From contig CAVYRF010000002.1 in assembly GCA_963770895.1 (NCBI GenBank), positions 3,840,001-3,904,000 of the forward strand: a stretch of DNA of 64,000 nucleotides, read 5' to 3'. The translations under genes were made by a program, and so were the position numbers. This document shows, piece after piece, positions 11,001 through 19,813 of the stretch (positions are counted from its first letter, which is position 1; the number at the start of each line of letters is the position of its first letter). Under the pieces are notes generated by a model. It ran no database searches. It saw only the letters and a list, made by a program, of their open reading frames with translations, and was not told the origin of the DNA. This DNA is from an uncultured Acidobacteriota bacterium. Its GTDB lineage: Bacteria > Acidobacteriota > Thermoanaerobaculia > Multivoradales > UBA5704.

Positions 11001-12097
11001 CCACGACCTATTCCTGGTGCGGCTGTGGAGCGCTGTCGCAGGTGGCGGACCCGCGTGGCGTTCTGACCACCTGGATGCTCGACGGCCTCAACCGGGTGAT
11101 CGGCAAGCAGGTCAACGGCGCCACGGTGGCGCTGTTCACCTACGACGACGCGGGTAGGTTGATCCAGCGCACCGACGGGCTGGGGCAGATCACCAACTAC
11201 AGCTACACCGTCGACGACCGGCTGGCCGGGGTCGGCTATCAGAACAGCGTCCATACGACGCCCGGCGTGCAGTATTTCTACGACCAGTACTATCCGCGCC
11301 TGGCCATGATGACCGATGCGTTCGGTTCGACGACCTACACCTACAACCCGGCAGGCAGCGTCGGTGCGGGGCAGGTTGCGAGCATCACCGCGCCGGCTCC
11401 CGAGCACACGATCATATTCCAGTACGATGTCGACGGCCGGCGGATCGGCAAGACGGTCGACGGGTTGGCACAGACGCAGACCTACGACAGCCAGGATCGC
11501 CTGAGCAGCTGGGAAAACTCGCTCGGTACCTTCACCGCCACCTACGCCGGATCGTCCAACCGGATGGCGACGTTGTCCTACCCCAACGGCCAGGGGGCGG
11601 TGTTCTCCTATCTCGGTGGCACGCAAGACTTCCGGCTGTCGCAAGTCGTCTGGGGGTCGACGGGGAACGGCCCCAACCTGTCGCAGTTCGGCTATTCCTA
11701 CGATGCCGCCCACCAGCAGGTCGTTGGCCTCTCCTGGTTCGACATCAACAGCCCGACGGGCCGGTTCTTCAACTTCACCTACGACCCCGCGCAGCAGCTG
11801 ACCGCGCGCCAGCAGACGACGAATCCGGCGCAGTCGCCGGTGACAACGCAGCATTCCTACACGTTCGGCTACGACGCGTCGGGCAACCGCACCAGCGAGA
11901 CGTTCGACACCGCGCTGTCGACCGCCGCCTACGACGGCGCCAACCAGCTGATCCGGCTCGACACCGGCCTTAGCCTTCAGGCGCAGGCGGCGATGCAGCA
12001 GCTGAGGGCTCATTCGTCGGCGGTGCCACCACCAAGTCCAGCCGGAGCCGCCCAGGCGGCTTCAGACAGCGTCAGGGAGGGCAGCCATGAGAACTGA
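8063..12097 (+). CDS. rhs: secreted Rhs/YD-repeat protein with N-terminal C39 cysteine peptidase domain; lacks the Rhs-associated core
   Basis: Signal peptide MRLVKPLIMVIVASVAFASVSHG; C39 motifs RCGPLA (Cys 8642), GTSLAEM, VVHWKADHFAAL, VKD; many YD repeats (YDALDRLTRITYPDG, YDAADRLASVTDPAG); no DPxG core before the stop. Confidence 0.9.
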   Translation: MRLVKPLIMVIVASVAFASVSHGQTCVTAARVGPPEPGRTFAEPLRPVGEPNVEETRELAAAIRTYRAAVDIEAVQPVVEFLQQHPDSAWKPSLCANLAVLYRHTGYLDHALTMAEEAWRLTATSTDPEARKIADDALATRIEVTSALGRTAELAALLDAVRDRPLSGHAAEMVSGARSSLWQMRHDPGSSFRCGPLAIERVAAVLHPGALADPRVQQYRSTSQGTSLAEMARLAQTTGLDLQAVKRQPGSPIPVPAVVHWKADHFAALVAQQGDRYLVKDMTFGDDRWLSRAAVEEESSGYLLAQTPKALSDGWRRVTAAEAAAVRGRGASANPNPGATTPGDPKKPALCGGNGIGMPVYNFHTAVVSLNVTDAPVGYQPPRGPAMRFGITYNSREDFQPSTFTFTNLGSRWSFDWLSYVEDDDPNGNGNTIRVAELGGGSYILPQTSTTSGYQYGPNVRGTHETVTRIYQTNTNTTIGFARQFPDGSQEIYQLSDNAAMMRKYFLTAVTDTLGNTITLNYDAATTRLLSITDALGQTTTLTYGLAGDIYKVTAVTDPFGRQALFQYSGGELQSVTDAEGMTSSFAYGRPTVPAPAAPYCVNFGYDLVYPVPADFMNAMTTPYGTTTFVMGEEPPCVDSDLGNIRWLVATNPLGNQERIEFTHEAQNVPETTTEPIPAGFGNENLAYRNTYYWNQTAMEQYSDGDPNRYLNATYTFHWLRDFSEGGTAASSIPGFVQPLGQRRTWMGYPNMPGDSDQGSLSEPTVTATVLDSGQTRAYTYAYNSSGRPYNYTDPTGRTYSYEYAANGIDMIRALATQLDGGGPGITWAGEQLATLTYNSQHEPLTYTDYANQRSTFTYNGFGEMTSVQRPDGVTTNFTYDGHGFLTRKAIAGTSYQETFTYDSADRLLTWTSTDGYTLTLSYDALDRLTRITYPDGTMDQVIYDKLDVVAYQDRMGRVTTYAYDAADRLASVTDPAGRTTTYSWCGCGALSQVADPRGVLTTWMLDGLNRVIGKQVNGATVALFTYDDAGRLIQRTDGLGQITNYSYTVDDRLAGVGYQNSVHTTPGVQYFYDQYYPRLAMMTDAFGSTTYTYNPAGSVGAGQVASITAPAPEHTIIFQYDVDGRRIGKTVDGLAQTQTYDSQDRLSSWENSLGTFTATYAGSSNRMATLSYPNGQGAVFSYLGGTQDFRLSQVVWGSTGNGPNLSQFGYSYDAAHQQVVGLSWFDINSPTGRFFNFTYDPAQQLTARQQTTNPAQSPVTTQHSYTFGYDASGNRTSETFDTALSTAAYDGANQLIRLDTGLSLQAQAAMQQLRAHSSAVPPPSPAGAAQAASDSVREGSHEN

Positions 12098-15000
12098 GCG
12101 TCGGGTGGAAGCCGTGCGCGGCCGGTGGCTGCCGTTCGTCCTGGTGTGCGCCGTCATCGTTGCCGGCGGCTCGATCCGGCCGGCAGGTGCCCAGGAAACC
12201 GTCACGATCAGCGGACCGACCACTTTGAACCAGACCGAATATGCGACCTACAACGGAATCGACAATCCCGGTGCCTACGGGGTCACCTGGTCGATTTACC
12301 CATCGGCAGGAGTCACCCTGAGCAATTTCACCAATACGTCGGTCCAGGTCACTGCCGGCGCCACGGCCGGCGTGTACACCCTGACCGGCACTGGCGGTGA
12401 CGGCACCACGGGGCATCTCAACATCACCGTTCCAGGCCCTCCGGTGACCTCGGTGAGCCCGCTGACTGCCGTGGTCGCTGCCGGCCAGACCATCGATTTC
12501 TACGCCAGCGTCGTCAACGCGAGCTCGCAGGCATACGCTTGGTGGACGGATGATCCGAGCGGTTGGGCGCTTGGGGGTGGTCAAGCGGATGCTGGCCCCG
12601 TCGGCCAGTTCTACCACAACGCAGGCCGGTCGGGAGGGACGTTCCACGTCTATGTCGAAAACTTGGAAAACAACCTCTCCGGCGTCGTGGCCGTTGCGAC
12701 CGTGCAGGTGGTCGATGTCGCCGTGGCGCCGGCGGCCGTGACCGTCCTGCCAGGCACCTCGCGGCAGTTCCTGGCCGACGTGACTGGCAGTCAGCAAAGC
12801 GTGCAATGGTCCTCGACGATACCGGGAGCAACGTTTGCGAACACCGGCCTGCTGCAGGTGCCGGCGGGCGCCGCCGGAGGGTCCTATACCGTCACGGTAC
12901 GGACCGTCGGCAATCCGGTGGCGACCAGCACCGCCGCCGTGACGGTGGTGGCGTCCATGCCGGTGAGCGGAGTCGCCATCTCGCCGGCGCGGTCGGTGCT
13001 CGATTCCGGGCAGCAGGCGCCCCTGTCGGCGGTCGTCGAAGACCCCAACGGCGAGCCGCATCCCAACCAGGCGGTGACCTGGTTGGTTGCCGGCCCGACG
13101 CCGGCGTCGATCGCCACCAATGGCCTGTTCACCGCCCCTGGCGTGCCCGGTGTCTACATCGTCACGGCAACCTCGGTGACAGATCCCACCAAGTCGGGCA
13201 CGGCGACGATCACGGTGGGTGAGGATCTGATGATTCTGCCGTCGTCGGCCAGCCTTGCACCAGGCGCCAGCCAGTCCTTCACCGCCCAGGTTAGCGGGGT
13301 GACGAATCCCACCGTCACCTGGAGCATCGAAGAGGGGGCGGCGGGCGGCAGCATCTCGACGGCCGGGCTCTACACCGCGCCCGCGGCGTCGGGGACCTAT
13401 CACGTGCTGGCGGCCGCCACCGCGGCGGGTGGTGGGACGGTGCAGGGCCTGGCGACGGTGACGGTGAGCGCCGGTCCGCGTGTCGGCATCGCCGTCGCAC
13501 CTGCGGAAACCACCGTGGCGGCGGGCGGCATGCAGCAGTTCACCGCTGCCGTCACCGGCGCCGCCGACACCGGTGTGGTGTGGTCCGCGTCGGCAGGCTC
13601 GATCGATGCGACCGGGCTTTTCACCGCTCCTGCGACCGACGGCACCATCACCATCACTGCCACCAGCCATGCCGATTCGCAGGTGCAGGCATCGGCAACC
13701 GCGGTCGTCACGGTTCCCGGCCAGGGGCAGGCGTTCCAATACGATGCCAACGGCAATGTCCTATCCGACGGCACCCGCATCTACGAATGGGACGCGGAAA
13801 ACCGGCTGACGGCGATCAACATCGGCACCCAGCGCAGCCAGTTCGGCTACGACGGGCTGGGGCGGCGCGTGCTGATCACCGAATTGAGCAACGGCGCGGT
13901 GGTCACCAGCCGGCACTACATTTGGCTGGGCGACGAAATCGTCGAAGAGACGGACGCCACCGTCGACGCGACGGGAACAGTCACCGGGCCAGGCAACTAC
14001 GACTCCCTCAACTGCAACCAGGTCGCCGGCTGGGCCTGGAACCCAGCCCAGCCCAATACGCCGGTCAGCGTCAGCATCGAATCCGGCGCCACCACCATCT
14101 CGACGGTGCTGGGCAACAACTATCGCAGCGACCTCAAGCTCGCCGGCGCTGGCAATGGCAATCACGGCTTCACCTATCCGCTGCCAGCGCAGTTCAAGAC
14201 TGGCACGGCGCAATCGGTGACGCTCTCCATCACCGGCACGACGATATCGCTCGGCACCCGCACCGTGACCTGTCCCGCGCCCAGCTTCTCCGGTTCGTTC
14301 GACCTAGCCACATGCACCCAGCTCGCCGGTTGGGGGTGGGACGCCAACGAGCCCAACGACCCGATCAACGTTGACATCTACGACGGCACCACCCTGATCG
14401 CCACCGTCCTTGCCAACACTTTACGCCAGGACCTGCTCAACGCCGGCATTGGCAACGGCGCACACGGCTTCTTCCTCCCCACGCCTGCCGCGCTCAAGAC
14501 CGGCACCGCCCACACCATCACCCTCAAAGCCGGCGGCACGCCGACGGTCATCGGCGCCCCACAAACGCTGACCTGTTCCAGCGCCAACTTCGGCGGGTAC
14601 TTCGACACTGCCGATTGCACCCAGCTGGTCGGTTGGGCCTGGGATGCCAATCAGCCCCATGCCGCCCTCAACGTGGACCTCTACGACAACGGCGCCCTGC
14701 TGGCCACTATCCCCGCCGCCAACTTCCGCCAGGATCTGCAGAATGCCGGCAAGGGCAACGGCGATCACGGTTTCGCCTACTCTTCGCCAGCCCTCTACTC
14801 CGGCACCACGCACAGCCTGTCCATCAACTATGCGGGCACCACGATCCCCCTGGCCAGCTCGCCGAAGACCATTACCTGCCCGACCGAACCGATCCTCACC
14901 CGCTTCTTCCTCGGAGGCATGCAGTCCGGCGGCGCCAATTATTACTTCTCCTACGACCACCTGGGCAGCGTGCGCGAAGTCACCGATACCAGTGGCAACG

Positions 15001-15683
15001 TCGTCAGCCGCTACGACTACGACTCCTACGGGCGATTGACCGTCAACCAGGGCGTCCCACCGCGCTTCGGCTTTGCCGGCCAGTACTACCACTCCGCCTC
15101 CGGCCTCAACCTAACTGAGTACCGCGCCTACGACCCGAATGTGGGGCGTTGGGAAAGCCGCGATCCGGCCGGCGAGATGGCGGGGCCAAACCTCTACGAC
15201 TACGTGGAGAACGACCCAATCAACTCGACCGATTCCGACGGTTTGGCTAGAAAACCAAGCACGAAACCTCCGCGCCAATGGCCGCCTTTGCCGGAAAACC
15301 TGGGCGGCAAAAAGGCGAAGTGGAACAAAAACGGGTATTGGGTGGGTAAGGGCGGCAAGTGCTATACATGGGACAGCCGGTCTCATGGCGCGAATATCGA
15401 TCGAGGAAAGGGACCCCAAGAGGGCCATTGGGACACCGAGGGCCCGAACGACGAGCGCTATAACAAGAATGGGGATCCATTGTTCGAAGCCACTCCCAAC
15501 CCCTTCAATCAATGGTTGGGGGGCTTACAGTGGATTGGATCGTGGTATATGGCGCAAGCTGACAACTTCCTCAACAACCTGGAGCAGGGCTTGGAAAACC
15601 TGCCTAACTACGTGCAGCCGCCGCAGGCGAACCTGCCAGGCTACGCGCCACCGCCTTACCCGCCCCTGTATCTGATTTGGTGA
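12087..15683 (+). CDS. rhs: secreted Ig-domain protein carrying the terminal YD repeats, Rhs-associated core and a C-terminal toxin domain
   Basis: Own signal peptide (WLPFVLVCAVIVAGGSIRPAGA); Ig-like repeats (TWS...GSI...GLYTAP); YDANGNVLSDG...; core DHLGSVREVTD...RAYDPNVGRWESRDP...NDPINSTDSDGL; lower-GC tip from 15246. Confidence 0.9.
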   Translation: MRTERRVEAVRGRWLPFVLVCAVIVAGGSIRPAGAQETVTISGPTTLNQTEYATYNGIDNPGAYGVTWSIYPSAGVTLSNFTNTSVQVTAGATAGVYTLTGTGGDGTTGHLNITVPGPPVTSVSPLTAVVAAGQTIDFYASVVNASSQAYAWWTDDPSGWALGGGQADAGPVGQFYHNAGRSGGTFHVYVENLENNLSGVVAVATVQVVDVAVAPAAVTVLPGTSRQFLADVTGSQQSVQWSSTIPGATFANTGLLQVPAGAAGGSYTVTVRTVGNPVATSTAAVTVVASMPVSGVAISPARSVLDSGQQAPLSAVVEDPNGEPHPNQAVTWLVAGPTPASIATNGLFTAPGVPGVYIVTATSVTDPTKSGTATITVGEDLMILPSSASLAPGASQSFTAQVSGVTNPTVTWSIEEGAAGGSISTAGLYTAPAASGTYHVLAAATAAGGGTVQGLATVTVSAGPRVGIAVAPAETTVAAGGMQQFTAAVTGAADTGVVWSASAGSIDATGLFTAPATDGTITITATSHADSQVQASATAVVTVPGQGQAFQYDANGNVLSDGTRIYEWDAENRLTAINIGTQRSQFGYDGLGRRVLITELSNGAVVTSRHYIWLGDEIVEETDATVDATGTVTGPGNYDSLNCNQVAGWAWNPAQPNTPVSVSIESGATTISTVLGNNYRSDLKLAGAGNGNHGFTYPLPAQFKTGTAQSVTLSITGTTISLGTRTVTCPAPSFSGSFDLATCTQLAGWGWDANEPNDPINVDIYDGTTLIATVLANTLRQDLLNAGIGNGAHGFFLPTPAALKTGTAHTITLKAGGTPTVIGAPQTLTCSSANFGGYFDTADCTQLVGWAWDANQPHAALNVDLYDNGALLATIPAANFRQDLQNAGKGNGDHGFAYSSPALYSGTTHSLSINYAGTTIPLASSPKTITCPTEPILTRFFLGGMQSGGANYYFSYDHLGSVREVTDTSGNVVSRYDYDSYGRLTVNQGVPPRFGFAGQYYHSASGLNLTEYRAYDPNVGRWESRDPAGEMAGPNLYDYVENDPINSTDSDGLARKPSTKPPRQWPPLPENLGGKKAKWNKNGYWVGKGGKCYTWDSRSHGANIDRGKGPQEGHWDTEGPNDERYNKNGDPLFEATPNPFNQWLGGLQWIGSWYMAQADNFLNNLEQGLENLPNYVQPPQANLPGYAPPPYPPLYLIW
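13992..14882 (+). repeat. three ~100-aa tandem domain repeats inserted inside the Rhs core
   Basis: Units start at 13992, 14292 and 14595, each GxxDxxxCxQxxGWxW...RxDLxxAGxGNGxHGF...TC. Confidence 0.85.
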
Positions 15684-15757
15684 CGAAGCGGCGGGCGGTT
15701 GCCCGAATGCTTACGAAGAAGCGTCAGGCGAGCAAGATGCGTCAATGACATGAGGCT

Positions 15758-15790
15758 CACGGCGGCCGCCCTCGCCTGGCGGCTGCCGTG
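15758..15790. terminator. GC-rich hairpin between convergent genes (possible terminator)
   Basis: cacggcggccgcc-ctcgcct-ggcggctgccgtg inverted repeat; no clear U-tract. Confidence 0.35.
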
Positions 15791-15821
15791 CGGTCATAGT
15801 TCGTGCCCAGGTGAGAGGAGG

Positions 15822-16172
15822 TTATTCGTCCTCGAATTCCATCGGCATAACTTCATAATCAACACCAGGGATTGGCTCGAGGGATGTTTGATCGATCGAG
15901 GGCTCGAATCTCAATTCAGCGTTCGTCCTGAACAGATCGCGACCGCAATTCGGGCATGTCTGCAAGGTAACGGCATCAAGGTACTTGTCTCTACCCGTTG
16001 TTGCCCTGCTCTCAGACGAAATCTGGCACACGGCATCGATCATCCATCCTCCCCAACCGCATGCGTCCTTGCTGCAGGCGCACACTGCGTAGACGAGCCA
16101 GGCGTAATCGGGGCGATCGACATCGGAGAGTTCGATATCAAGCAGCGGTTGGAACTTTCTTGGAAAGGCCAT
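15822..16172 (-). CDS. hypothetical protein with putative zinc ribbon
   Basis: GAAGGAGG RBS; MAFPRKFQPLL...CACSKDACGWGGW...TCPNCG. Confidence 0.75.
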   Translation of the reverse strand: MAFPRKFQPLLDIELSDVDRPDYAWLVYAVCACSKDACGWGGWMIDAVCQISSESRATTGRDKYLDAVTLQTCPNCGRDLFRTNAELRFEPSIDQTSLEPIPGVDYEVMPMEFEDE

Positions 16173-16548
16173 GATTTCCTCCTTCATCAAGGATAGCAGA
16201 TAGAGATTATTTCTGTCGTGCCGATTCGAGTTGGATCAATCAGCCCTGGCGTCGCTCCGGAGATCGACCCGAAGGGCATGGATAGTAGGATCGCTGGCAC
16301 GGTCGGCTGGAATGTCGCAACAACGGCCGCAGTGGCCCTACCTGGACTGCCGGCCGGTTCACCACGGCGACGAGTTCGAAATCCAGCTCGTTGATGGCCA
16401 ATGGCGCCGGCTGTGGCTTGAAGGACTGCCGGCCGAGATCCTGGGCGGCCGGCGCTCGCCAGCGGCTACGAGCTGGTGGCCGAGGCGCCCCTCAAAGCGC
16501 TGCTTCGCTGGGCGGGCGCCAGCCGAGCAGCGCTGACCGTGCGTCGGC
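16059..16548. repeat. copy 1 of a ~490-bp imperfect direct repeat
   Basis: gcatgcgtccttgctgcaggcg...accgtgcgtcggc recurs at 19208-19697 with scattered substitutions and indels. Confidence 0.9.
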
Positions 16549-16560
16549 AGCCGTCCGCTG
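16279..16560 (+). pseudogene. degraded small gene (DUF5348-like)
   Basis: YLDCRPVHHGDEFEIQLVDGQWRRLWLE and YELVAEAPLKALLRW lie in different frames; family call from motif memory only. Confidence 0.35.
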
Positions 16561-16685
16561 ATGCGGCCAGCGAGGCGGTTCCAGCCCCCGGTCCGGCTCG
16601 CGCCGCCGATCGCCGAGCGGGTGCAGTTGGCGGAAGGTCGAGAAAGGGGTTTAGAAAGGTAAGAATCGGCTACACTGCGACGATC

Positions 16686-16910
16686 ATGGCGAAGAAGCCT
16701 TTTTCGGCCGATTAGGAGGTCCGCCACTATGGGATCGTCCTGCGTCAGATCATCCGCGCTGCTGGCCTCACGGTGACCGAAGTGGAGCGGCGGCTTGGAC
16801 AGGGACCCAAAACCCCTGCGGCGGGTGTTCTGCGGCGAGGTCGACCTGAAGGTTAAGCACATCGTTTCCGTATTGCACGTGCTCGGTATGCCCCAGGAGA
16901 AGCTCAAGGT
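16686..16910 (+). pseudogene. XRE-HTH regulator pseudogene
   Basis: MAKKPFSAD*EVRHYGIVLRQIIRAAGLTVTEVERRLGQGPK (TAG 16713), then frameshift to LRRVFCGEVDLKVKHIVSVLHVLG. Confidence 0.7.
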
Positions 16911-17476
16911 GACAGGGTCAAGATCATCGGGGTTCCCGATACCTACGCCTTCACCGGCAAGTCGAGATCGGCCGGCCGGACGCGCCCGCGCGCCCGTTGG
17001 CGATCACTGCCGGTAGCGCGCCGGGCGTGCCGGCGGCGACTTCTCGGACGTCCCAATCGTGGATGGCGTCGGGGACGTCGCAGGGGAAGGCAGTGGCCTG
17101 CGGACCATCTGGTTTCCCATGGAGCACCACCCTTCCCCCAGCATGGTGGTTCATCTTTGCCGGAGGCTGAAGGGTTTGGGAAAATGAGGTAAAACATTAT
17201 TGGTGGAGGTTCGCCCCCGCCATAGTTACAAGCCACTTCGGCATTAGAGCATGCGACGGAGATCTACACCGCAAATCGCTTTAGTGATAGGGTACTGTCA
17301 TGCACTGCCTGACAAAAACTGAGTCAGTCGACATCATGCGAAGCTTTGGCTTTGTTCCTGCAAAAACCTGGAGGATCGCGTGGCTTGACGGAGTGGAGCG
17401 TAGTGGCGGTAGCTGGAGTATTTTTGATTCTGCCGCGAAGCAGAGCAACATGACAAATGGCATCTTCAAGCTCTTA

Positions 17477-18755
17477 GGCGTCGTCAATAAACAACCTTTA
17501 CACATGAGGCCGAATAATGTAGTTCCATTCGCCATGGAAGGATTGGGGCAGCAGGTTCACGGTGGCGATCTCCTTGTCAGAGACCTTGCGCCCGACGGGA
17601 TAGGCTCGTCGGTCCAGTCGGCATGTCACCCTAAGCCCCTGAGCGGTGGTGGTCTTGGCGATCAGACGCACGATAGTCTCGTAGTCGCGAAGCGGTTCTC
17701 CTCGCCAGTTGGATGAGATGAAAGAAAACAGGCGGTGCTCTACCTTGTTCCACTTGCTCGTCCCGGGAGGAAAGTGACAAACCATGATGGAGAGCCCTGA
17801 GTCGTCGGCCAGCTCCTGAAGCTCCATTTTCCATTGACGCAGACGATAGCCGTTGCTGCCCCCACCATCAGCGGTGATGAGAAGAGTCCTTGCCTTGGGA
17901 TAGAGCCGCCGCCCTTCGGCGCGCCACCAACCGCGAATCGACGCCACCGCGAAGGCGCCAGTGTCGTGGTCAATGCCTATCGTCACGAAGCCAGTGTTTC
18001 GACCCAGATCGTAGACACCGTACGGGTACGCGCGCGGCACGGAGGGAGCTGGAAAGTCGTGGACATTGACCCGCTGCGGATCCCCTCTCTTTCGCCACTG
18101 CTGGCCCTTGTTCTGGTAGTTGCCGAGGATCTCCTTCTTCTTCGTGTCAACCGAGATGACCGGCCGCTTTGCAGCCAAGGCTTTGCGCACTTGCTCGTTG
18201 ATGTATTGAAACTGAGCATCGCGATCCGGATGGCTGCTCCCCTCGTCTGCCTTCCGGTTGCCTCGAAGGCTGTAGTCCATTTGTCGCAGCAACTGCGCCA
18301 CCTTCTCATGGCTGACCGGATGGTTCTGAGCCGCAAGTTCCGCGGCGAGGACGCGGGTGCTCTTGCTTGTCCAGCGTAGCGGGGACTCTGGGTCGCCGCT
18401 CGTCAGCGGCTCCACGAGAGCCTCCAACCGGCTCAGCAGGTCGGGGTCGAGCATTTCCAGCGATGGTCGCCCACCGCCTTCGCGCCGGACCCGACCCGCA
18501 GGTAGAGGGGCACTCTCGAGTTCCTGTAGACCCTTCGTGATTGTGACGCGAGACAAACCGCATGCCCGACTGACCGTCGACACACCGCCATGCCCCAGTT
18601 GACGAGCCTCGCTCGCCGCAAAGAGTCGTCGTGCACGCTCGTCCAGATGGGGCCAGAGGAGAGCCACCTTTTGCTGAAGCGATCGAAGATCTGTCATCTC
18701 CAAATCGTTGTATCACCATCTCCACGGCATGTCAATGTTATTTATTGACGCTGCC
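17477..18755. mobile_element. ISAzo13-family insertion sequence (1279 bp) with TTA target duplication
   Basis: Imperfect terminal IRs GGCGTCGTCAATAAACAA / (rc) GGCAGCGTCAATAAATAA; TTA at 17474-17476 and 18756-18758. Confidence 0.92.
17498..18697 (-). CDS. ISAzo13 family transposase (DDE_Tnp_ISAZ013)
   Basis: LDERARRLFAASEA, GDPESPLRWTSKS, ISVDTKKKE, ITADGGGSNG, HFPPGTSKWNKVEHRLFS, FHGEWNY. Confidence 0.95.
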   Translation of the reverse strand: MTDLRSLQQKVALLWPHLDERARRLFAASEARQLGHGGVSTVSRACGLSRVTITKGLQELESAPLPAGRVRREGGGRPSLEMLDPDLLSRLEALVEPLTSGDPESPLRWTSKSTRVLAAELAAQNHPVSHEKVAQLLRQMDYSLRGNRKADEGSSHPDRDAQFQYINEQVRKALAAKRPVISVDTKKKEILGNYQNKGQQWRKRGDPQRVNVHDFPAPSVPRAYPYGVYDLGRNTGFVTIGIDHDTGAFAVASIRGWWRAEGRRLYPKARTLLITADGGGSNGYRLRQWKMELQELADDSGLSIMVCHFPPGTSKWNKVEHRLFSFISSNWRGEPLRDYETIVRLIAKTTTAQGLRVTCRLDRRAYPVGRKVSDKEIATVNLLPQSFHGEWNYIIRPHV

Positions 18756-19207
18756 TTACCTGAAGGGGCGGGCTGCATGATCTGGCTTCGTGAATGGGGG
18801 GTGTGGCCTTCCTCCGAATTTCCGCAGCTCTGGGACGAGATACGTAAGTGCCATGGAGAGCAGCGCTGGATCATCGACGCGCCAGGCCATCTCTTTTCAG
18901 CGACAGAGATGGGACTGGCGAGAGGAATGGCGAGGCTCGTCATTCTTTTTGGTTGGGATGCGCTCATTTTCTCCATACCCTGTTCGTTCGTCGTATCTCT
19001 GTCGCACGACGAGGTTTGCACGATCTTCGACATCGACGTAGCTACTATGGATAAGCTTTCTGAGCGGCTCGGCGCTCCCCTTACATAAAGGTGCAGGTAC
19101 GGCACCAGGCGCGATCAAGGCAGCGGCAAGATGGACGTTGACGATCTGCGCCGCTGGGGGCTGTGGGATGCCAATCACCTGGAGCGTCGAAGAGGGGGCG
19201 GCGGGCG

Positions 19208-19697
19208 GCATGCGTCCTTGCTGCAGGCGCACACTGCGTAGACGAGCCAGGCGTAATCAGGGCGATCGACATCGGGGAGTTAGATATCAAGCAGCGGTTG
19301 GAACTTTCTTGGAAAGGCCATGATTTCCTCCCTCATCAAGGATAGCAGATAGAGATTATTTCTGCAGTTCCGATTCGAGTCGGATCAATCAGACCTGGCG
19401 TCGCTCCGGAGATCGACCCGAAGGGCTTGGATAGTAGGATCGCTGGCACGGTCGGCTGGAATTGCGCAACAACGGCCGCGGGGGCCTTACCTGGAGTGCG
19501 GGCCGGTCCACCACGGCGACGAGTTCGAAATCCAGCTCGTTGATGGCCAATGGCGGGCTGTGGCTTGACGGACTGCCGGCCGAGGTCCTGGGCTGCCGAC
19601 GCTCGCCAGCGGCTACGAGCTGGTGGCCGAGGTGCCCCCTCAAAGCGCTGCTTCGCTGGGCCGGCGCCAGCCGAGCAGCGATGACCGTGCGTCGGCC
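19208..19697. repeat. copy 2 of the ~490-bp direct repeat; contains a truncated pseudogene copy (GAA>TAA) of the 15822-16172 gene
   Basis: Minus strand from ATG 19321 reads MAFPRKFQPLLDI*; homology breaks off at 19208. Confidence 0.9.
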
Positions 19698-19813
19698 GCC
19701 ACGGCGGCGCGCACCGCAGCCCTGAGCCGTACCGGAGAGGCCGCAACCGCCCTCTCCCGCTGCGCGGGTGTTGATGAATGGAAGTGTTGTGCGCTACTCG
19801 ACTCATCATCTCG

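Larger units (their letters stand above)
17300..19088 (+). pseudogene. 168-aa immunity-like protein interrupted by an IS
   Basis: Removing 17477-18758 joins MHCLTKTES...GIFKLL in frame to PEGAGCMIWLREWGVWPSSE...PGHLF...FGWDA...LGAPLT*. Confidence 0.75.

Noticed and set aside
15740-15810. Hairpin considered as an integron attC site
   Set aside because: No RYYYAAC/GTTRRRY core pair, no second site and no integrase in the window.
16950-17299. Possible orphan Rhs C-terminal toxin fragment upstream of the immunity-like gene
   Set aside because: Lower-GC sequence, but all frames I read are interrupted and no DPxG core or toxin motif was recognisable.
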